This document shows positions 12,552-24,826 of a stretch of 64,000 nucleotides of DNA, one piece after another (within the stretch, counting starts at the first letter, position 1; each line of letters opens with the position of its first letter). The translations under genes and the position numbers were made by a program. A model generated the notes under the pieces. It saw nothing but the letters and a program-made list of their open reading frames with translations. It was not told where the DNA came from and searched no databases. This DNA comes from Lytechinus pictus (lineage: Eukaryota), in assembly GCF_037042905.1 (NCBI RefSeq), contig NC_087250.1:26910001-26974000 (forward strand), read 5' to 3'.

Positions 12552-12638
12552 CCGCTTCTGACGTGCCTTCTTGGTCTGTCTTCATACCTGGTCCTAGTCT
12601 CGGAGGGACAGGTCTACCAGGCGGGACTCGCTTCTTTG
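12552..12638 (-). CDS. DNMBP: DNMBP coding exon 6 (Pro-rich)
   Basis: TTCCAG acceptor, CGG|GTAAGA donor, 87 nt, phase 1->1. Encodes AKKRVPPGRPVPPRLGPGMKTDQEGTSEA. An alternative in-frame donor would end the exon at 12588. Confidence 0.8.
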
Positions 12639-14052
12639 CTGGAACACAGAATAATTTCAAGAAGGGTCAATTATACAATGCACTAATCTATTCTGTGTCA
12701 AACAGGAGCAAGGATTTCAGTAACCTATAAGGTAGAGTTGTCGGTGAAAAAATGCTCACTAGTTGAAAGTGTTGAACACACGTAAAGTTTTATCCAAAAC
12801 AGATTTGATTGAAGCATAATCCAAATAGTCTCAAATTCATGTACGTACGTGTATAACCATCAATAGCATGTAGCACTACATGTAGAAATAGAATGGATGA
12901 GTGTACATGTAATGCACATAGTAGCTAGAAGAGATTATATGCCTGAGTAATCTAAAGATTGTAGATGAGTGCAGTGAGGCAGATGAACTTTAGACCAAGA
13001 CCCCAGTAGCACAAACGGTTTACAATGGATTGCAGATATGAAAGAACATTTCTGATTGGTTCCTGGTTAGTTTATGAACATATTACACATGCCACAGTGA
13101 TCATGATTGGCCATTATCATTTAGTGATTGATATAGCCTTTGTGTAACCTGGACCCTGCTTTATAAAAACTCCTTATCACTAATAATGATTATACATGTA
13201 CGTGATAAGCTTCTCAAATTATTCACTTTGATAGGCTATGAGTCAAATTATCATAACAAAATTCAGAATGTGTCACTGATAAAATTTTTAGCAAACAAGA
13301 TTTGAAAAGTAGACTTGATCTTAACTTATACCATGCCCTTGGTGGCATATCCACATTTGTTATTTGAGTAACAAACATATCTTTTTTAGGCCTAACCTGG
13401 CTTGAAATATTTTATTCAAACAGAAATGTTTGAATTAGTCACAAGGAAGAAAAAAAAAAGGTTAAAAAAAAATCTTACTTCATGAGAATATGTCATAGAT
13501 AAGCCCTGTCAATCGATATGAAAGGGGTTAATATAAAATGACATTTATCCAATCAACCACCACTATGGAAATCAAGCAACATCAACTTTAACCTGAGAGT
13601 TCGTTCAAAATATTTTCTAGATATAACATGCAGTTGTGCTAAGAATTAAGTGCATCCCACCAGAAAATGAGCATATATGAAATACAAAAGTTCAAGTTCT
13701 ACCATCTTTTAGATATTTAATTGAGAAGTCAGGTGATTACATTCTATAAAGTTTGTTTTTCAAGGCTTGCCGGACATTGTTTGTAGTGTTGTTGTCTACG
13801 TTCAACACTCGGAATGAAGGAGTGTATTTTCTGGTGGGCACACGTTTTTGTACTAACTTTATTTGTACATTTATCGCTTTCTTACAAATACATTCTATGT
13901 GCTTCTGTTAATACAAGGGACATTGTTGTACAAATTCCCAGAAGAAAATAATTATGACATCAATGGATTTCCATATAGTTGGGATTTTATTCCTCCCTGA
14001 ACATGTGAAATTACCATTGTTTATTCATTATATGGTTCACTTGTTGATATAA

Positions 14053-14918
14053 GTAGGGGAAGGCGGGGTAAGTTGAGCATAGGGGCAAGTTGAGCCACCA
14101 CCCCCAGGCCAATAATGAATGAGTCAGACATTATGGTGGTGTCATGTATTGATGACCCATTACATAACCCTTCACCCACCACATTGTTTTCAACTTTGAA
14201 ACAAAAAGTACTTTTTTAGAGGGAAAAATACAAATTTCAGCCAAAAAAGTAAAAAAGGGTGTGAAATAGATAAGTGTTTTTTACACACACACGTCTTTAC
14301 ATATAAAAAGACATAAGAACAACATTGTCAGTCCAGGTATGGATCTTCATTCTTGTCACAATCTTTTACATGGTGGATGCATAAGAAATGTGTGGATGCG
14401 AAATTATCGCATTAAGTTCGGACTGGGGTAAGTTGAGCCAGCCAACATGGGGCAAGTTGAGCCATGGTAATTCTTATGGTAATGTAAATAAAAAAACAAT
14501 CAAACCTTAAAAAGCCATCGATATGCAGGCAGAAAAGAGCAAATTCACATGACAGTTCTTTTACTTTTAGAGAATGTTAGTATTTATAGAGAATTAGCAA
14601 GTGAAAAGACTTTAAATAAAAAATTGACATGCTGGTTCTTCCCGCATACATTTTGTACATAGTTTTTGTGGCTCAACTTACCCTAGAAGGTGGCACAACT
14701 TACCCCACAGATGGGGCAAGTTGTGCCACTTGACATCGTTTTTTTTTCAAAGGTCACAACGACTTTCAGTGTGGGGGTAGAAAGTTATATATAGGTGAAA
14801 AATATTTCCCAAGAATCAAATTTAAAGGCAAGGTACTTATTTCTACAATATTATTAGTAATATCAATTCTATCATGCAAAATGCAAAAAGTGTCACAACT
14901 TACCCCGCCTTACCCTAC
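14053..14918. mobile_element. Non-autonomous DNA transposon with TIRs and internal subterminal repeats
   Basis: GTAGGGGAAGGCGGGGTAAGTTG ... CAACTTACCCCGCCTTACCCTAC with repeated GGGGCAAGTTGAGC motifs. A related mini-element is at 40113-40247. Confidence 0.85.
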
Positions 14919-15209
14919 ATAGTAGGATAATTGTTTAAATTCTTATTGTGTATAAACTCCTATTTGTCTCAAGAACCATTTATTTCATTTCATGATGTGT
15001 TATACCCATGTCAACCAATATAAAATGTTTGTATATATGTGAATTATGGAAATAATCTGAAACTGAATCGCAACTCTTTATAAGACTGAGCCCAGGCTAC
15101 TGCAACACAAAGGTGTATTGCGATTAATTGCATGATTGATTTTCGTGAATGTACACATCGTAGTTAATGTGATCAATCATACAGAAATGTTCTACGCTAA
15201 GGTGTGTGT

Positions 15210-15765
15210 TATGGGCCCCATTTTACAAAGAGTTACGATTGATCCAATCAATCTCAACTGTATGGAAATCCAACCATACCATATTTTTTTCTACAGGAGA
15301 TTTGCACAATGTCCTTACTAAACAAAGAGAATCACAATGAAAATGTTTTCAAGAGAATGATGAAGGTGTGTACATACATCATTTCTGGAAAATATTTTGA
15401 ACAAACATGCAGTTTAAATGTTGACATTGCTGGCCGCCCATAGTTGTGTGTGATCAGATCAATCACAACTCTTTGTAATATGGGTTCCTGGGCCCCATCT
15501 TACAAAGAATTACTATTGATCCAATCAATCGCAACTATGGACGGCCTGCAACATCAACATGTATCATGCATGTTTGTTCAAAATATTTTCTTACTATGAT
15601 GTATATTCATGCATTCATTGTTTTCTTGAAAATTTACTGTGCTTCTCTTTGTTTACAAAGGATATTGTGCCAATCTCCTATAGAAAAAATTATGACACTG
15701 ATGGATTTCCATAGCGTTACGAATGATTGGATCAATCAAATCTCTTTGTAAGACGGGTTCCTGGT
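15210..15765. mobile_element. Two adjacent, oppositely oriented Harbinger-like MITEs
   Basis: GGGCCCCAT(T/C)TTACAAAGA ends and TCTTTGTAA(G/T)A(C/T)GGGTTCC ends, with mutually inverted internal sequence. Fragments of this family also occur at about 2230-2320 and 2640-2715. Confidence 0.7.
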
Positions 15766-15800
15766 GTGACAGTTCATTCACTATTCATATTGATATTTAC

Positions 15801-15944
15801 CTGGCATTGCTGGCCTAGCTGGAGCTGGTCTACTGGGTTTTGACTGAGAGGGCGCTGTCTCCTCTACCCCTCCTATTCCCAGAAGATCACCTACTGCAGC
15901 CTGGCCAGACGGACCTTTACTCGTAGAGGAATGTTGCTGAAGAA
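15801..15944 (-). CDS. DNMBP: DNMBP coding exon 5 (Pro-rich)
   Basis: GTGCAG acceptor, CAG|GTAAAT donor, 144 nt, phase 1->1. Encodes VLQQHSSTSKG...KPSRPAPARPAMP. Confidence 0.82.
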
Positions 15945-16099
15945 CTGCACAAAGGTGAAGATAATAACAGATCACTTTACGAGACACTGATAATAATAAT
16001 ATTTTGACCGCAAGGTGGATGACAGTAATAATATTTTTTGTTTTACACACAACTAATACAAAGAAATATATTGGTAACAGATTTTTACTTAAACTACAT

Positions 16100-16620
16100 G
16101 TAGCACATCAATGATGTGGTGCCCATGCGGCATCGTGCAACGAAATTTGAAACAATTTTTAAATTTCAGCCCAGTTGATACTGTAGTGAATTATATTGGT
16201 GACATAAGGTGAGGAACAGAATTGAAATTGAAGAAATGACAGAGAAGAAGCAATTTTTGTGATTTATGAATAAATTCCGTTTAAATCAGCATAACTAGTC
16301 AAAATTTCTAAATTCTGTGTAGTACCATGGTGAACCTCATGTAGCTCTACCAGATGGAAGCAAAAGAAAAATCGAAATTGGTTAACAAATAAAGGAGAAA
16401 CATTTTTTTTGTGAAATTTGAAAAATATACATAAATTAGCATATTTAATGAGTTTCAAAATTCTGTATAGAAGTTTCGGATCCCCCACCTAGTGCTATCA
16501 TATAAAGCAAAAAGATTTGAAATCAGACTTGAAATAACAAAGAAGAAAGCATTTTGAAATTGTGGACGATCGACAGACGCCATAAGCTCATCTGGCCCTT
16601 TGGGCCGGATGAGCTAAAAA
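16100..16620 (-). mobile_element. Helentron-associated (HINE-like) element remnant
   Basis: Ends in GACAGACG-like microsatellite remnant plus hairpin AGCTCATCTGGCCC-TTT-GGGCCGGATGAGCT followed by AAAAA. Confidence 0.5.
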
Positions 16621-16980
16621 CAAAAGGATTCAAATCTTGAGTGATTAGAATGTGGGCTCTGAGAGGAAATTTACATAACTGATAACACAAACATGTTAAC
16701 ACCAACAACGCAACATCCAAATACAATGTCTTTATCACAAAGATATTAACACCAAGAACTGAACCTGAATGATAACACAAAGGTCTTAGCACCAAGATAT
16801 AAATCAAAGAAATTCCCCTAACTGATGAAAACAAAAACTTAAAACCAGATGCCCAACACCAAGACCTCAATACCAAGCTATTAGAACCAGGATTTTACCC
16901 TGACAGATAACACAAAGATCTTAACACCAACAACCAAACACCAATTCCTTTACATCAAGATATCAACACCAAGAACTTAC

Positions 16981-19464
16981 CTTGACTGATAACACCAAGA
17001 TCTTGATCCAAGAGAGAAGCACCTCTGGTGACAGGAGGTGGTGGAACAGGTGCTGATTGACCCGAGACCTCTGCCTCGTCCGTCTCCCACTTTGACGTAT
17101 CAAATATCTGCTGAATACTGGCCTCAAAGTTTGCTAGCTCAGGGTTAGCAGCACGCTGGGTGTCAGATAGGAGGTCGAGGTCTGGCTTGGGAGGAAGAGC
17201 AGGTTTCTGGGACGGGGGCGGAGGAGGTATGACAGCCTCGATGCTCTCCACACTGGATCTGGATTTAGGCCGCGGGCGGGGCACAGCGCTCCGAGGATCA
17301 AACTTCTGCGGCTTGGGGGGAGCCATCGGACGCTTGCCAGGTGATGGTGGAGGAGGAAGCTTAAAGGAGGTGGAGGTAGGAGGGGTCTCCTGAGGGATGC
17401 TGAGAGGAGAGTTGATGGTGAAGTTGATCCCTTGGGCAAAGGCATCATCAGACATGTCTGATGGGATGCTATCATCTCGGGGAAGGGTAGCATTTGGAAC
17501 ACTTTGTAATGGATCAAATGAATTTGCAAAGGCATTGTCCACCTCTCCTGGAGGAGTAACAGCAGAAAATGGGTTGGAAGATTGGGGCTTGCTGGGTTGC
17601 ATCTCTGTTTGCTGCTCCTCAACAGCTGCTGCAAATGGGTTAGGGGACGGTTGGCGCGGAGGAACAGGCGGTCTGAAATCATCCTGATCAAAGGATAAAG
17701 GAACATTGTTGACAGCCTCCAACTCACTGCTGAAGGCTGCATTGAAGTTGGATGTCATTTCCTGGCTGCCTTCCTGGATAACCTTGTCAAGGTCTGAGTT
17801 GACTTGGGATAGTGTCAGAAGTCCTGAACCAGCACTATTATTCGGCAAACTCCCTTCCAGCATCGCACGATCCAAGTCCTGATTGACCTGGGATATCGTC
17901 AAGAGCTCTGGATCTTGGACCACCGGCTCTGAGCCTCCAGACATAGCAGCGGTGGAGTGAATGGCGGCACTGGCATCTATGCTGCTTGATGATGAACCTC
18001 TATTCACTGGACGCTGCACACTCCTGATCTGCTTAGAGCTAGTGGGATTGAACGGCCTTGCGGCAAGGATGTCAAACTTTGAAAGACTATCAAGGGATTC
18101 TTGTTTGGTCATTGTAGGTTTGGGCTCTGACGATAGATTGCTGGCATCGATAGGAGCCATTGGCATCATTACAGGAGACATCGGTTTGTCAACAGGACTC
18201 ATGTCAAGAAGGGAATTTCCCCTGTTAGGTTGAGGAGGTGGAGCAGGAGTTGAGCTTTGGGTTTCCGCGGTCATAGGAGCAACAGTTGCGGTGTTGGCTG
18301 TACTCTTCCCGGCAAAGGACACCGGCTTGAAGGTGCTGCCACCCGGTTTGAAAGCATGTGGAAGTGTAGGATTATGGGATCCTGGTTTTGAGGGTGCGAG
18401 GGGAGGATCGGTACCTCCACCCAGGGGATCAAAGAACAACAAATCATCCAATCCACCACCGGAACTTGGTTTAGGATTATCAGGTTGAGCTGATGTATTC
18501 TGTGTATCCAGGGTCCCAAGCTGGTCAAGTAAAAACAAATCATTGGCATTCTTATCCGAAGGTCCTCCTTTAGGAGCATTTGGAGCTGTGCCTTTCTTTG
18601 ATGGTTTCACCCCCGGTGGTTGGGGAGCAGGTCTCTTAAAAGATGGAGTCCTAGGTTTCTCTAATAATTGCACATAAGCGATTGGGATGAAACCAACCTT
18701 ACCGGCGGGATTCTTAGCTTCGTACCACTCATTGTCCGGTTTACTCATAATGGTGATGATATCACCTTGTTTGGCCGAGACGTCGTGTTCTGTTTCAGGG
18801 TTGAAGTCATACAGGACTTTCCCTCGTCTACCTTTAACAGGAGCGACACCTTTATCCTGTCCAACATCAAGTAATTGAGGTTTAACAACAGCTACTTCAC
18901 CCTGTGTTGATGACAAGGAAAGCACTGGGTTACCCGATGCTTTACCTTGCTTCAGAGAAACATTCTTTGACTTTGCCTCTGGAGGAACATACCCAGCAGG
19001 AATATCCACAAGGATCTCAACAAATTCTGCAGGAAACAGTCCAATGTTCCCGTCAAGCTCTCCTTCTAACCAGTTCTCATCCACTCTTACTCTGAGATAT
19101 ATAGTCTCACCGTCCATGAAGCTAAGTTCGCAGTCTCTCTCTGCACTGAACGGAAACAATGTCTTTGCATGTGGCCTTTCTCCCGTTGCGCCCACTGTAG
19201 TACTGGTCCCTTGGAATGCTTTATCTAACACATCAAAGTTTAAATCAGAACCCTGGGTTGTTCCATCAGTCCTTGGCCCGTTTAATGAGTTTGTATCGAG
19301 TGGTTGCACACATATTGCTGGTAATACACCTGATTTGCCATTGATTCTTCCATTCAACCAATCATCATCAACCTTCCCTGTAATAGTGATGATGTCACCG
19401 ATCATGAAGGTCAGTTCTTCACTGAGTTGTCCTGTAACATTCTGAGTGGCTCTTGCCTCGTATT
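16981..19464 (-). CDS. DNMBP: DNMBP giant coding exon 4 (SH3 domains 3-5 and Pro/Ser-rich disordered linker)
   Basis: 2484-nt open frame within ORF 16955..19471. TGTCAG acceptor, AAG|GTAAGT donor, phase 1->1. Three SH3 signatures: WLNG..GVLP, WLEG..GLFP, WYEA..GFIP. Confidence 0.95.
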
Positions 19465-19926
19465 CTGACAACAGGATAGGAAGGGAGGAAATATATCAGT
19501 TGTACAGTATACATGTATCATTGCTAACATATACATATATATCTATTTTATACTGACATAGTTTTGCACAATTTTTTTTTACCTGAATCTCTTCCAAAAC
19601 CAATCTCAACTTGTTATTGGTCTCGATTTGTATAGCTTCCAGTACATAGAGTTACAAATTTTAATGTATGATAAAGTAAAACTTGTTCAAGTGACAGGTC
19701 TTTTAATAGGCAATAATAATACACTGTCCCACATGTGCTAATCTCTGTTGGCAATATCCAGTTTAAGAAAACTTCATTATTCATGAGTTCAGTTTGAGTA
19801 TTAAAACTAACTAAACCTTCATATATGACGATACAGTCAAATCAACACTGATGTCTTTCTCATGAAAGAATTGCTTTCTGCAACAAAATGAGTTTAGTTA
19901 TAAGAGATGTCTTTCATATTTCTCCC

Positions 19927-20531
19927 TTAAAGGACAAATCCACCCTGACAAAAAATTATTTGAATAAAGAGAGAAAAATCCAACAAGCATAACACTGAAA
20001 ATTTCGTCAAAATTGGATGTAAAATAAGAAAGGTATGACATTTTAAATTTCGCTTAATTTCACAAAACAGTTACATGTATATGCACATCCTGGTCGCTAT
20101 GCAAATGAGGCGACTGATGACGTCATCTACTCACTATTTCTTTTGTATTTTATTATGAGATTATAATTTTCTCCTCATTGTCAAGTGAAACAATGATTAA
20201 AGCCTCCCTGAACATGTGGAATTAGCATTGTTTAATACCATATGGTTCAGTAAAGTCAGTCTCTATGGTCAAATCTGTAAAAAAAATGAAATATTGTATA
20301 ATTCAAACAATAAAAAACAAAAGAAATGGTGAGTGATGGACATCATTGACTGACTCATTTGCATGTTGCTGAGTTGTGCATATCACTGTTTTGTGAAAAT
20401 AAGCGAAACTTCAAAGTGCCATAACTTTCTTATTTTACATCAGATTTTGATGAAATTTTCAGTGTTATGCTAGTTTGATCTTTCTCTACTTATTCAAATC
20501 AAAATTTTGCGGGGGTGGACTTGACCTTTAA
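19927..20531. mobile_element. TTAA-flanked palindromic MITE (Kolobok/T2-like)
   Basis: TTAAAGGACAAATCCACCC ... GGGTGGACTTGACCTTTAA with long inverted arms. Confidence 0.85.
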
Positions 20532-20565
20532 TGAAAAGCAATTTGATGAGAGGAGATAGACGTAC

Positions 20566-20697
20566 CTTGTATTGCTGGTTGGTTAGTGTGAGAGATGTCC
20601 TTACTCACGTAACTGACTGGAAATATCCCTGATCTACCACCTAATGATCCTTCCAACCAATGCTCATCTATCTGATGTGAAACACTTATTACCTCAC
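20566..20697 (-). CDS. DNMBP: DNMBP coding exon 3 (second half of SH3-2)
   Basis: GTATAG acceptor, AAG|GTACGT donor, 132 nt, phase 1->1. Encodes GEVISVSHQIDEHWLEGSLGGRSGIFPVSYV. Confidence 0.92.
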
Positions 20698-20731
20698 CTA
20701 TACAAAAAAAAAATCATTGCATTATCACTAT

Positions 20732-21159
20732 GGCCCGAATTCACATAGGTGATTTTGAAAACCCGCGGTTGAGTCCATGATTTATGCAGATTTCCTGTAT
20801 AAAGTACATGTACGCTTATTTTACCGCGTACATTAAAAAATTCCAATGCTGATGCGCGCTTTTGTCAGTGCGCCAAATTGATGCCTGATGCCGTGGTTAT
20901 CCACGCTACTTTATTCACGAGTCCACTGTTTGAATTAATGAGTCCACTCTTCAAACAGTTGACTCATGAATAAAATAGCGTATCCAACCATGGTAACAGG
21001 CGTCAATTTGGCGCACTGTGACAAAAGCGTGCATCAGCATTGGACACTTGTTATACACGCGCCCGATACGCGCTAAAGTAAGCGTAATTTATACAGGAAC
21101 TCTGCATAAACCAAGGATTCAACCGTGGGTTTTCAAAACCACCTTTGTGAATTCAGACC
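20732..21159. mobile_element. Palindromic MITE (Harbinger-like), copy 2
   Basis: Aligns along its full length with 8874-9297. Confidence 0.85.
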
Positions 21160-21163
21160 TATG

Positions 21164-21470
21164 TGGGGGCGTTGTGGTCTAGTGGTTAGGACTCTCGTTT
21201 CTCGATCTGAGGTTTGTGGGTTTGAATCCCAGCCATGGCGTGCTTTCCTTCAGCAACAATTAACCCACTTTGTGCTGCACTCAACCCAGGTGAGGTGAAT
21301 GGATACCAGGCAGGATTAATTCCTTGAAATGGACTGAGCGCTGAAAGGCTGCTTGAGCTAAAGCCGGGGTAATAATAATAGTAACAATGCACCTCAGAAT
21401 AGATTATTTCTCAATGGATGGCTCAATATGAATGCCAATTATTATTATTATCACTATTATTATCATTATT
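21164..21470 (+). mobile_element. tRNA-derived SINE
   Basis: A-box TGGTCTAGTGG, B-box GTTTGAATCC, core CCTTCAGCAA..TGTGCTGCACTCAACCCAGGTGAGGTGAATGG, (ATT)n tail. Confidence 0.85.
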
Positions 21471-21825
21471 ACACATGTATGCTAAAAACTGGCAACATTG
21501 CGAAAATCTAATCATTAATAAATGAAAAATCACCAATTTTCAATCATCAATCATCATTCAAAGCCTTTTGACAAGTCCTCATGACTTGGTTTTATTCCTT
21601 GGTTAAGACTAACAGTACATGTACATGTAGTCTGCCGAAGCGACACCGATATATACAAGTATACGTATATCGGTGTCGACTCGGCAGACCCAGTACCCAA
21701 TAGGGTTTACATTGTTCAGACTATGCCTCATGAAATTTCATGGCAACGCAAGATAGTGTAATATTGAGATTTATAACCCTCCCCCATAATCAAGCAAAAA
21801 TAATATTTCTACTAATTAATTTCAC

Positions 21826-21912
21826 CTGTTTTGAAGCAGAGATCGCCCTCTGTGCTGCTCTCATAATCCTGTACTGCTGTGACTTGATATGAAGTGGATT
21901 TCTTCTCTGATA
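21826..21912 (-). CDS. DNMBP: DNMBP coding exon 2 (first half of SH3-2)
   Basis: GTGCAG acceptor, CAG|GTGAAA donor, 87 nt, phase 1->1. Encodes VSEKKSTSYQVTAVQDYESSTEGDLCFKT. Confidence 0.88.
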
Positions 21913-22566
21913 CTGCACATATAAATATAAATGAACAAAAAATAAAAGCAAGTCCTTTAAAATAAGAATCAATAGCAGGGTGCTACATAACTTTTTAGAT
22001 GAACTTGGCCTGTTGGGCAAGTAAATGTGTAAATAGTTGGAATATACTTGCCTGAAAATCTATTTCATTTGCCCAAAAAAATCCTTGAAAAAAGTTTTAC
22101 TTCTTCAAAAGAAAATATTATGGTCCTAGAAACCATTGACCTTTTTTTCTCTTTTGACATGAACTGATGTACCTTGTTCTTGCAAAAAAAATTTACTTTT
22201 TTTTCTCTTTTGACATGAACTGATGTACCTTGTTCTTGCATTTCTTTTTAAAAAGTGATTTCATCTTGCCCGCCATGACCAAATTTAGGGTCGGTATATC
22301 ATATTGACCCTAATTTTGGTAATTCTACTGTGAGAATTTTGCTTGCCCAATTCGGGCAAGTAGTTTTGGTCTTTACTTCAAAACACTTGCCCGACTATAA
22401 CTTTTACTTGCCCCGGGCAAGTGCTTATGTAACACCCTGAATAGTATTCATTTTTGTAGAGCCATTTTAACTTTGAATGCTAACAGTGCTTTAATTATAA
22501 AAGTTGTTTACTTTTCACTCTACCTGCATAAGAATGAAAATTAGGTGACTCTTTTTAATAGAGCTA

Positions 22567-22634
22567 TATGATCTCGGTTATGATCTCGGTTATGATCTCG
22601 GTTATGATCTCGGTTATGATCTCGGTTATGATCT
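22567..22634. repeat. 12-bp minisatellite (TATGATCTCGGT) x about 6
   Basis: Perfect tandem copies visible. Confidence 0.95.
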
Positions 22635-22804
22635 CCGTCTTGATGAAGCCAAGATCCATGGTGATAAAACCAATTCAGGTCATTTTAAACGATAGATTGA
22701 ATCTCTCCAGATCAAAATCAATATACAATTAATATACATATACAGAAATGACAATTAACATGTTATATATTAAATTAAAAAACAGAAATCACAAAAAAGT
22801 ATAT

Positions 22805-23633
22805 AAACAAGTGGAATGCCTCTGGCAGTCTCGCCTGCATTACGCAATTTAATATAGCAGCAGTGCTAACTTTGAAAATTACTATAAAATAATCATTCAC
22901 AAAAACATCATTCATATAATGACATAATACCACGTTCATTGACCATAAATGACATTTGAACGGAGACTTAAGACTGTCAACTACACCCATGTCCACATTT
23001 CATTCACTCTATCCAAAGTTTCAAAGTTATGATGGCACTTCAACAATTACCCCAACATGGCCTAAGTTTATTGACCTTAACTGACCTTTGACTTGGTTTT
23101 GTGACCTGAAACTCACAGGGGATATTCAGTGGTACTTGATTAACCTAATGTCCAAGTTTCATGAACTAAATCCATAAATTATCAAAGTTATGATGGTAAT
23201 TCAACAAATACCCCCAACTTGGCCAAAGTTCATTGACCCTAAATTACCTTTGACCTTGGTCATGTGACCTGAAACTCAGGCAGGATGTTCACTAATACTT
23301 GATTAACCTTATGTCCAAGTTTCATGGACTAGATCCATAAATTTTCAAAGTTATGATAGTAATTCAACAAATACCCTCAACTTGACCAAAGTTCATTGAC
23401 CCTAAATGACCTTTGACCTTGGTCACGTGACCTGAAACTCGAGCAGGATGTTCACTAATACTTGATTAACATTATGCCTAAGTTTCATGAACTAGGTCCA
23501 TATACTTTTTAAGTTATGATGTCATTTCAAAAACTTAACCTTAGGTTAAGATTTGATGTTGACGCCGCCGCCGGCGCCGCCGTCGGAAAAGCGGCGCCTA
23601 TAGTCTTGCTCTGCTATGCAGGCGAGACAAAAA
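22805..23633 (-). mobile_element. Non-autonomous Helentron-type (HINE/Tsp-like) element
   Basis: Subterminal inverted repeat GTCTCGCCTGCAT/ATGCAGGCGAGAC, terminal hairpin, (GCC)n microsatellite, about 3 internal ~162-bp tandem units rich in TGACCTTTGACC, AAACAAG end, A/T-run insertion site. Confidence 0.8.
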
Positions 23634-24375
23634 CCAGAAAAATATTTGTACGGTGTAAATCCTAGTAAATTAAAATAAAATAATGATTATATCATTGAAT
23701 CAAAAAGTAAAAAGGGTCTTATGTACACACAACAGTGACAACACCACCACCCACCCACCCCCACCCCCCCCCATAAAAAGAAAAACATCTTCCTTACGGC
23801 CCTTTACGGGGAGTCTTAAAGGTGTGTCATGACAAAGAATCTTCAGATTTTCACAACCTACTGGATAAGCTTAACTTAGCAATGAATTGACATTTCTCAG
23901 GGCCCCATTTTTAGTTTCCAAGGATCTTTTGACAATTTCTTTTTTTTGGAGGGGAGGGGCAAAATTGCCCCCAGCCCATGTAGTTTTCCCCCAGCCCGTG
24001 TAGTTTTCCCCCTGGACTGCAAATAGCAAATTTGAAAGGGTGGGGGAGGGAAGATAATAATTTTCATAATGTACATGTATACCAATATCAATAATATGTA
24101 AATTCAATTGGAATTTCTAAAAATATATCAGGGGCGTTGATACCATGTGCCCCCATCTTGAGATAATGACAATCCAGGATTTTGAAATACATGAAGAGTT
24201 GGGGGGGGGGGGGCAATAGCAAATTTGAAAATGGAGGGGGCAAAGATGACAATTTTTGTAATGAGTACCAAAATTGACATCTAAATTCCATGGGCAATTC
24301 TCAAAATATATATAGGCGGCATGCACCACTTGTGCCTCCGCCAAAGACTGCCACTAAATATTGACAGTAATTTAA

Positions 24376-24570
24376 GATGATGATGATGATGATGATAATG
24401 ATGGTGGTGGTGATGATGATGATGGTGATGACGATGGTGGTGGTGATGACGATGATGGTGGTGATGACGATGATGATGATGATGATGATGATGGTGGTGG
24501 TGATGATGGTGATGATGATGGTGCTGATGATGATGACAATGATGATACTGATGATGAGGTTATGATGATA
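24376..24570. repeat. (GAT/GGT)n microsatellite just after the first coding exon donor
   Basis: Direct reading of the sequence. Confidence 0.97.
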
Positions 24571-24578
24571 AAACTCAC

Positions 24579-24774
24579 CGTTTGAGCTTGCTTCATCAAC
24601 AGGCTTGACAAAGTTAGCAGGGAAGGTACCAGTCTTTCCATTACATGTCCCAGCTATCCAGTTCTCATTGATTCTCGACGTAATATCAACCTCATCTCCC
24701 GCTTTCAACGCCAACTCTCCGGGCTCCGTCGTCTCAAAATCAAAGATGGCCACCACTCGCGAGCCCACCTCCAT
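24579..24774 (-). CDS. DNMBP: DNMBP first coding exon (ATG, SH3-1); exon begins at 24791 after an acceptor
   Basis: MEVGSRVVAIFDFETTEPGELALKAGDEV...WIAG..GTFPANFV closely resembles the N-terminus of vertebrate DNMBP. ACG|GTGAGT donor. A TTGTAG acceptor upstream implies non-coding 5' exon(s). Confidence 0.93.
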
Positions 24775-24826
24775 GATGGTCGCTATGGCACCTACAACAA
24801 AATAAAGAGAATAAAGGTTTTATATA

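Noticed and set aside
17134..19445. Overlapping and antisense ORFs within the giant exon
   Set aside because: Shadow frames of GC-richer, Pro-rich coding sequence with no recognisable motifs.
22137..22241. Short direct duplication (about 45 bp) and nearby 12-bp minisatellite as regulatory elements
   Set aside because: Ordinary slippage-type duplications with no further support.
24301..24578. Poly-Ile/Ser/Met ORFs extending the first SH3 exon
   Set aside because: Read-through into a (GAT/GGT)n microsatellite past a clear GTGAGT donor.
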